From Fidelibacterota bacterium (GTDB taxonomy: Bacteria; Fidelibacterota; Marinisomatia; Marinisomatales; TCS56), in contig JBDRBK010000158.1 of the NCBI GenBank assembly GCA_043822705.1, positions 1 through 22,292 on the forward strand: 22,292 nucleotides of DNA. The letters run 5' to 3'. Shown here in pieces: positions 16,932 through 22,292 of this stretch. The notes beneath the pieces are model-generated. The model saw only the letters and a program-made list of their open reading frames with translations. It was not told the DNA's origin and did no database searches. The translations under genes and the position numbers were made by a program. Within the stretch, counting starts at the first letter, position 1. Each line of letters opens with the position of its first letter.

Positions 16932-17993
16932 TCAATCGGGGTCAGTTTCAGCCCTGATCAGGTAGTAATCCGCCAGCGCCTCGGCCAACGGTTCCACCTC
17001 GGGATCGCGGCGGTTGGTCAGGATGATCACGGTGAAATTTTCATCGGGGAAGCGCTGGATCACATTGCGGAAACCGCAGGTGCTGCCGGTGTGATGCACC
17101 CGGCGATGATTTTTATACTGATCGATCCGCCAGCCGAAACCGTAATCGTTCAGACCCGGGGTGAAAGCGCGTTCCAGGTTTTTGATGGAAACCAGCCGGT
17201 CACCGTACAGGACCTGATCCCAGTGGAATAAGTCATCGATGGAAGTATAAATACCGCCGTCCCCCAAAACGGCGCTGGTGCTACTCTGGTCGGAGAATCG
17301 CACCGAATCAGCAGTGACCGTATAACCAAAAGCCCGGTTGGGTACGGTCGAAATATCCTTTTCATAAGCTACCGTATTGTTCATTCCCAGTGGCAGGAAA
17401 ATTTCTTCCCGCAGGAATTGGGCGTAGGGCCGGCCGGACAGTTTTTCCACCGTCAGCGCCAGCACGGCGTAACCGGAATTGCTGTAGCTGAATTTCGATC
17501 CGGGTGCGAAATAGGTGCTGTCCACACTCATCATCATGTTCAGAACATCCCGGTCGTGCACCTGAACGGTAGCGGTGTCCGCCATCAGGTCCTCGTAGTC
17601 GATCAAACCGGAAGTGTGTTGCAGCAGATGCTGAATTGTGATCCGCCGGCCGTAGTCGGGGAAGTCGGGAAAAATTTCATTCAAGGTAGTGTTGTAGTCC
17701 AGTTTTCCCCGCTCGATCAGAATCATTATGCTCATGGCGGTGAACTGTTTCGAAACCGACGCCAGGCGGAAATTAGTGGCACTGGTTACCGGGATTTGCC
17801 GTTCCAGATCGGCCAGACCGTAAACCTGCTTCAATAGCACCCGGCCGTCGCGGATCACCATCACCGCCGCTCCCGGTGTGTTTACGCCGCGGTAGTCATG
17901 GAATATCTGTTTAACCGGATTCGGCCGGGTCGCGCTGCAGCCCAGCGCCGCCAGTGTCAATATCAATGTCAAAAAATTCTGTTTATGATTCAA
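16932..17993 (-). CDS. Serine hydrolase, beta-lactamase class C/AmpC-like family, probable lipoprotein
   Basis: Lipobox ALGC; SxxK (SVSK), LLQHTSG, YSN and HTG motifs. Confidence 0.9.
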   Translation of the reverse strand: MNHKQNFLTLILTLAALGCSATRPNPVKQIFHDYRGVNTPGAAVMVIRDGRVLLKQVYGLADLERQIPVTSATNFRLASVSKQFTAMSIMILIERGKLDYNTTLNEIFPDFPDYGRRITIQHLLQHTSGLIDYEDLMADTATVQVHDRDVLNMMMSVDSTYFAPGSKFSYSNSGYAVLALTVEKLSGRPYAQFLREEIFLPLGMNNTVAYEKDISTVPNRAFGYTVTADSVRFSDQSSTSAVLGDGGIYTSIDDLFHWDQVLYGDRLVSIKNLERAFTPGLNDYGFGWRIDQYKNHRRVHHTGSTCGFRNVIQRFPDENFTVIILTNRRDPEVEPLAEALADYYLIRAETDPD

Positions 17994-17996
17994 TTT

Positions 17997-18977
17997 TCAA
18001 TCCCGATTTATTGTTTTCCGCAGGGCCGACCGTAGTGCTTTGATATGCGCCGGTCCCGTCCGGCAGCAGCCGCCCAGCAGGCGTGCGCCCTGATGATACC
18101 AGCGGACTGCCATTGCCCCGAAATCCCGGGGGTCCGAGCGGCCGCTCCAGCGGCGTTTTTCGCTGTCGTAATCTTCCCCCGAATTGGGATATACCACCAG
18201 TTGTTTTTCCGGCGCGATCCGGGTCAGTTCGTCAATCAGGTCTGAGATATGTTGGGGTGCGGTGCAATTCACGCCAACAGCCAGCACTTGACGGCTGTCT
18301 TTCAACAGCCGGGCGCATTCCCGGATCGGCGTTCCGTCGCCAATCGTGTGCCCGTCGCGGCAGGAGAAACTGAACCAGGCTTGAGCGTCGGGTAGTTCCT
18401 CCAGTAATTCCAATAGTACGGTCGCTTCTTCAAGACTGGGGATCGTTTCACAGGCCATCAGATCGGCACCGGATTCCGCCAGCAGCTGAAAGCGCCGCTC
18501 GTGAAAGGCACGCAGTTCCGATCGGGCAAGACCATAATCGCCGGTATATTCGGTGCCGTTGGCCAGGTAGGCGCTGTAAGGTCCCACACTGGCGGCAACC
18601 AGTGGCGACGGATTAGCATTCTTTGGCAGGCTGTCCAAATAGTCAGAGCGCGCTTTCAGGGCCAGATCGACCGATTTTTTCAGCAGCATTTCCGCTTGCC
18701 GCTGGTCTACTCCCATCTGTCGGAAACCGGGCAGGCTGGCCTGATAGCTGGCGGCAGTTATACAATCGGCACCGGCTTCCAGATAGGATAGATGCACGGC
18801 CTTGATCGCCTCCGGCTTTGATTGCAGCAACTCAGCGGACCACAACGGCGTGTCCAGATTATAACCATGGTTCTCAAGTTCAGTGGCAAGACCGCCGTCC
18901 AGCAGCAGGAAGCCCTGGCGGTCAATAAATGGTTGGATTGGCGATTTTGCGGTCAAGTTTGACTCAGTACTTACCAT
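17997..18977 (-). CDS. mmuM: Homocysteine S-methyltransferase
   Basis: Motifs LDGGLATELE, LWSA, AGADCI, VAASVGPY, ACETIP, YPNSGE and the zinc ligands GVNC and GGCC. Confidence 0.93.
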   Translation of the reverse strand: MVSTESNLTAKSPIQPFIDRQGFLLLDGGLATELENHGYNLDTPLWSAELLQSKPEAIKAVHLSYLEAGADCITAASYQASLPGFRQMGVDQRQAEMLLKKSVDLALKARSDYLDSLPKNANPSPLVAASVGPYSAYLANGTEYTGDYGLARSELRAFHERRFQLLAESGADLMACETIPSLEEATVLLELLEELPDAQAWFSFSCRDGHTIGDGTPIRECARLLKDSRQVLAVGVNCTAPQHISDLIDELTRIAPEKQLVVYPNSGEDYDSEKRRWSGRSDPRDFGAMAVRWYHQGARLLGGCCRTGPAHIKALRSALRKTINRD

Positions 18978-19650
18978 TTACATCAATTGATTCGAGCACT
19001 TCGACAGATGGAATTTGTAACCGGGGCCGAAAATAGCGGGCCGCCCGCCAGGCGCCGTAGATTTCGCCGGCGTAGAATACGGCGGCCAGCGACAGGAAAA
19101 TTCCTGCTTCGATCGGCCGGTCAAGGTGCAGGGCCGAATGAGCGACACTGGCGGTGGCGGCCACCGTCAGGAAGCCGAAAAAACCATCCCAGGGGCGGCC
19201 GGCATAGGCTCGACCGCTGCCGGGTAGAAACGTCGACAGGGTTGCCGCCAGAAGGGGCGATTTTACCGCGGTGTTACTGTCGGCAGGTGCAGGCACGACC
19301 GGGTCCACCAGGCGGCCGTCCGGTTCGTGAAACCGGCCGCCGGAATGCAGGTGCTGATCCCAGGCCGCCGGATTGCAACGGACGATCCGGTCCGCCGTTA
19401 CGACCGCCCCGGCCAGCAGGCCGTGTTGGTGGATCGCCTGGGCGCCGTAATTACTGCAACTGGGGTAAAACTGGCAGCCCAATCCCGGCAGGTTGTAGGA
19501 CAGCCGCTGCCAGGCGGCGATCGGCAGGACGCCGGCTTTCTGTGCCAGGTTCAGCGAGTCGGAGGTCAGCAGCGAATCGGCCGGATATTTGGACTGGGCC
19601 GTAAGCGAAATATTAATAATGACCAACAGGAGGACTATTCTCAGCGACAT
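18964..19650 (-). CDS. YidD (membrane protein insertion efficiency factor)-domain protein fused to a C-terminal membrane domain
   Basis: CQFYPSCSNYG..AI..HG..G..ADRIVRCNP is the YidD core. It is followed by KSPLLAATLSTFLPGSGRAYAG and TM helices. The start was moved to Met32 (19650) because the longer N-terminus runs through a repeat element. Confidence 0.8.
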   Translation of the reverse strand: MSLRIVLLLVIINISLTAQSKYPADSLLTSDSLNLAQKAGVLPIAAWQRLSYNLPGLGCQFYPSCSNYGAQAIHQHGLLAGAVVTADRIVRCNPAAWDQHLHSGGRFHEPDGRLVDPVVPAPADSNTAVKSPLLAATLSTFLPGSGRAYAGRPWDGFFGFLTVAATASVAHSALHLDRPIEAGIFLSLAAVFYAGEIYGAWRAARYFRPRLQIPSVEVLESIDVNGKY

Positions 19651-19720
19651 ATTATTAGTTCTCGATCTGAACTTGAGCCGGAAGGATACATTAGGGGACG
19701 AAAAGCATTGCATTTCCAAA

Positions 19721-19746
19721 TCATGGTTCGACAAGCTCACCATGAC
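19721..19746. repeat. REP-like hairpin (TTCGACAAGCTCA core; GTCA-ended type)
   Basis: TCATGG-TTCGACAAGCTCA-CCATGA(C). Its minus strand translates as MVSLSNH, a recognisable repeat-derived peptide. A degenerate inverted partner may lie at about 19665-19687. Confidence 0.7.
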
Positions 19747-19828
19747 ATTAAAATCTCTGTCGCCCAGAGCCGGTTAAAAAATATTGAACGCATATTGATT
19801 CCGTACATAAAAAAAATCCGCGTGGTAA

Positions 19829-21481
19829 TTAGCCTTCCCGGACCTGAAAATGCACTTGCAGGCTGCGCGTCAAAACGCTGATCAGGATCAGTCCCAATCC
19901 GCCCAGAATCATGGTCTGATAACCGGGGAAGAATACAGTGGTCACGGCCTGTAGAAAGCCCACCGTGCCTTCCCCGCCCAGGATGGCGGCGGCGATGACG
20001 ATGCCGGTCAGGGTGGCGGCCGCGCCGTGGCGATTGATCCGCAGTGCCAGCAGTCCCCCCAGGGCCATCAGCAGGGCCAGGTTGATTCCCAGGAACAGGC
20101 CGATTCCCAGGGGCATCAGGTGGAGGTCGGATAGCCGGTTTTTAAAGCGCAAACCTTCGATGGCAATCGCCAGTCCGACACCGAGCAGAAAAATTTGCGG
20201 GTTAGCCAATCCCCGGAGATTGTTCATCACAATCTGGGCCTGGGGCGCCGGGAAGCGTACGGTGAATAGTTGCCCGGCGATTTCCGGTCCCTGCAGGATA
20301 ATCAGCAGCAGCGGCAGAACGGCCGCCACCGCGACTGCGGCGATCAGGTCGACCTTGACGATCCGGCGGTAGTCGGTGCCGACTACTTCGGCCGAACGGT
20401 AATCGTGACCGATATCGCCGGCGATGGCCGCCGCCATGGCGATCGAGAAGGTCAGCAGGTAGCGCGCCGCCGGGGGGATGTCCAATTGGAAAATGCCGTA
20501 GATGAAGACGATCAGCAGGGTTGCCAGCAGACCGAACTGTTCCAGTGGATCGATATTGGTGATACCGGTCATGCGGCTGGCCAAATTGACCGTCACGAAG
20601 GTCAGGCCCAGGCACAGCAGCGCCGCCCAGAACGGTACGCCGGCCAGTGTCAGAACGACCAGGTTGATCAGGGCCAAGACCCAGGTCCAGGGCTGTTGGC
20701 GGGTCCAGGCGGCGGACAGGCTGAATTTCAGGCGGCTGTGCAACAGCATGTAGCCGACCCCGGAACCGATCACCAGTCCCATCCCCAGGTTCTGCAACAG
20801 GGGCTGGGGACCGCCGGCCAATCCCGGGAAAATCAGCGGCAGCAGCAGCAGACCCAATAGCGACAGCAATCCGCCGGCGCCCCAGGAGAGGGAATTGGCG
20901 GGACCGAGAATTAGTCCGGTGGCCACCACCATCGGCATGATCAGCAGCAGCAGCGGCTGATCGGCAGCCGTGCCCAGGCTAATGAATTCCCAGCCTAGGG
21001 CATCACGGACCAGGGTGAACAGGGCAGCGCCGACACCGAAGATGATCACATAACGTAAGCGGCGGTCGCCATCGAAACCGGCCCGGATGATTTCGCCACC
21101 GGCCCGGCCCGCGGGAAAGGCCAGGTTCCGGCGCAGGACATATTCATCGCGCAGCGGCAGCGACAGTCCGATCCCCAGCAGGGCGGCGCTGACCGCGATC
21201 AGGGCCAGCCACACCAGCGATACCGCATCCGGTTCGGACAGTATCAATCCCGGCAGTGTGAAGACCACGGCAGCGGCCATCAGACCGCCGATCGAGCCTC
21301 CGGCCTGGGCGGTGTTAACATCATGGGGCGAAAGGCGGCCGGTCAGTTTCAGCAGTCCGGCGGCAGTAATGATCGAGAAGATGATCGGCCAGGGCAGGGC
21401 GCCCATCCGCAAGGCGATATAGGCGCTGGTGAAAAACAGAAAGATGGCGATCACGACGGCGGTAACGGTGGTTTTCAACAT
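19829..21481 (-). CDS. OPT family oligopeptide transporter
   Basis: Very hydrophobic 550-aa protein with AYIALRMG, NTAQAG, VFTLPG, LAFPAG.A..EII, D..HDYR, FPAPQA and GIGLFL motifs. Confidence 0.88.
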   Translation of the reverse strand: MLKTTVTAVVIAIFLFFTSAYIALRMGALPWPIIFSIITAAGLLKLTGRLSPHDVNTAQAGGSIGGLMAAAVVFTLPGLILSEPDAVSLVWLALIAVSAALLGIGLSLPLRDEYVLRRNLAFPAGRAGGEIIRAGFDGDRRLRYVIIFGVGAALFTLVRDALGWEFISLGTAADQPLLLLIMPMVVATGLILGPANSLSWGAGGLLSLLGLLLLPLIFPGLAGGPQPLLQNLGMGLVIGSGVGYMLLHSRLKFSLSAAWTRQQPWTWVLALINLVVLTLAGVPFWAALLCLGLTFVTVNLASRMTGITNIDPLEQFGLLATLLIVFIYGIFQLDIPPAARYLLTFSIAMAAAIAGDIGHDYRSAEVVGTDYRRIVKVDLIAAVAVAAVLPLLLIILQGPEIAGQLFTVRFPAPQAQIVMNNLRGLANPQIFLLGVGLAIAIEGLRFKNRLSDLHLMPLGIGLFLGINLALLMALGGLLALRINRHGAAATLTGIVIAAAILGGEGTVGFLQAVTTVFFPGYQTMILGGLGLILISVLTRSLQVHFQVREG

Positions 21482-21625
21482 GCGTAATATTAATCAAGTC
21501 GGGTGGTATCTGGTAAGCGCGAGTTTGATCCCGGTCAATTTGCCGCAGCCGGCCGAAACTGGCCCTTACCATTCCGCATTATTATGTTTAACTTCAATCA
21601 ATCAAGGGAACCAAGGACAGGGAAA

Positions 21626-22292
21626 ATGTTTCGGAGAATTCTGCTGATCTCAGCAATAATCCTGACGGCCCGCAGCCTGGCGGCGGCGGGCCAGTCGCTC
21701 TACATACTCCACACCAATAATACCAACGGCGCCCTGGAAAACTGTTATTGTGTCGATCATCCCCTGGGGGCGATCGAGAAGCGGGCTGCCTTTATCGAGG
21801 ACTGGCTCCAACAGCATCCCAACACGGTGGTGGTCGATGCCGGCGATTTCCTGTCGGTGACCAAACGGGAGCTGAAGGACAGTCTGGCCAGCGAAGCCTA
21901 CCGCACGATCCCCTACGATGCCATCCTCCCCGGCGATCAGGAACTGACCCGTGGCGCTGACATCCTGGCGGCGACACTGGCCCGGACAGGGGCCCCGATC
22001 GTGAACACCAACGTGAATCGGCCGAAAATTCCCGGCAGTCAGGCGCTGCGACTGATCGAACGGGCCGGACTGCGGATTGCGATCCTCGGTGTCGTAGGTC
22101 CCGCCGCCCTGAAATATTACCCGGAAGCGGTCAGCGCGACGGTGGAACTGACCGATGTCAATAAAGCATTGACCAAACAACTTAAAGGTTTGGGAAAAAA
22201 AGCCGATATAATTATTATACTGACCCACCAGGGCTACGATTATGACGTCAAGCTGGCGGCAAATCTGACCGGAGCGGATGTGATCATCGGCG
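21626..22292 (+). CDS. Secreted UshA/5'-nucleotidase-like metallophosphoesterase-fold protein with CxC motif (partial, runs off the edge)
   Basis: Manual translation is open for 222 codons: signal peptide, ILHTNNTNGALENCYC, VDAGDF, YDAILPGDQEL, NTNV, RIAILGV, IILTHQG and DVIIG. Not in the ORF track. Confidence 0.85.
   Translation, partial: MFRRILLISAIILTARSLAAAGQSLYILHTNNTNGALENCYCVDHPLGAIEKRAAFIEDWLQQHPNTVVVDAGDFLSVTKRELKDSLASEAYRTIPYDAILPGDQELTRGADILAATLARTGAPIVNTNVNRPKIPGSQALRLIERAGLRIAILGVVGPAALKYYPEAVSATVELTDVNKALTKQLKGLGKKADIIIILTHQGYDYDVKLAANLTGADVIIG

Noticed and set aside
18996..19007. GCACTTCGACAG, a possible half copy of the TTCGACAAGCTCA family
   Set aside because: The second half of the core and the closing stem are missing, so it could be chance.
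19651..19743. N-terminal extension MVSLSNH... of the YidD ORF
   Set aside because: It is the translation of a repeat hairpin. Met32 gives a plausible signal peptide.
21650..22228. 192-aa minus-strand ORF in the track
   Set aside because: It is antisense to the clearly motif-bearing UshA-like gene on the plus strand.
1..22292. CRISPR array, prophage genes or known riboswitches
   Set aside because: I recognised no regularly spaced direct repeats, phage proteins or riboswitch consensus, including upstream of mmuM, glyQS and hisS.

Overview
A gene-dense bacterial chromosomal region of roughly 60% GC, mostly on the minus strand. The gene set (alpha2-type GlyRS, long OstA/LptD protein, TopA with C-terminal repeats) suggests a diderm of the FCB superphylum such as Marinimicrobia; this is inference only. 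It carries housekeeping genes (slyD N-terminus, ggt, YccA/BI-1, glyQS, ccmH-like, topA, hisS, DUF2007, lptD, rarA, FKBP PPIase, tRNA-Thr(CGT)). An accessory metabolic block follows (SASA acetylesterase, serine hydrolase, mmuM, YidD-domain fusion, OPT transporter), then a partial UshA-like CxC protein. The most notable signal is an AT-rich REP-associated tyrosine transposase (RAYT) gene slotted into a housekeeping operon with 2-nt and 3-nt gaps. It carries a 28-nt REP-like palindrome inside its own reading frame, and that palindrome covaries at four base pairs with a perfect GTAG palindrome 12 kb away. Also notable: a second hairpin family with a conserved 13-nt core and unrelated stems, an LptA-like/LptD fusion, a CcmH with vicinal cysteines, a YidD domain with a signal peptide, and an unannotated 54-aa membrane protein.
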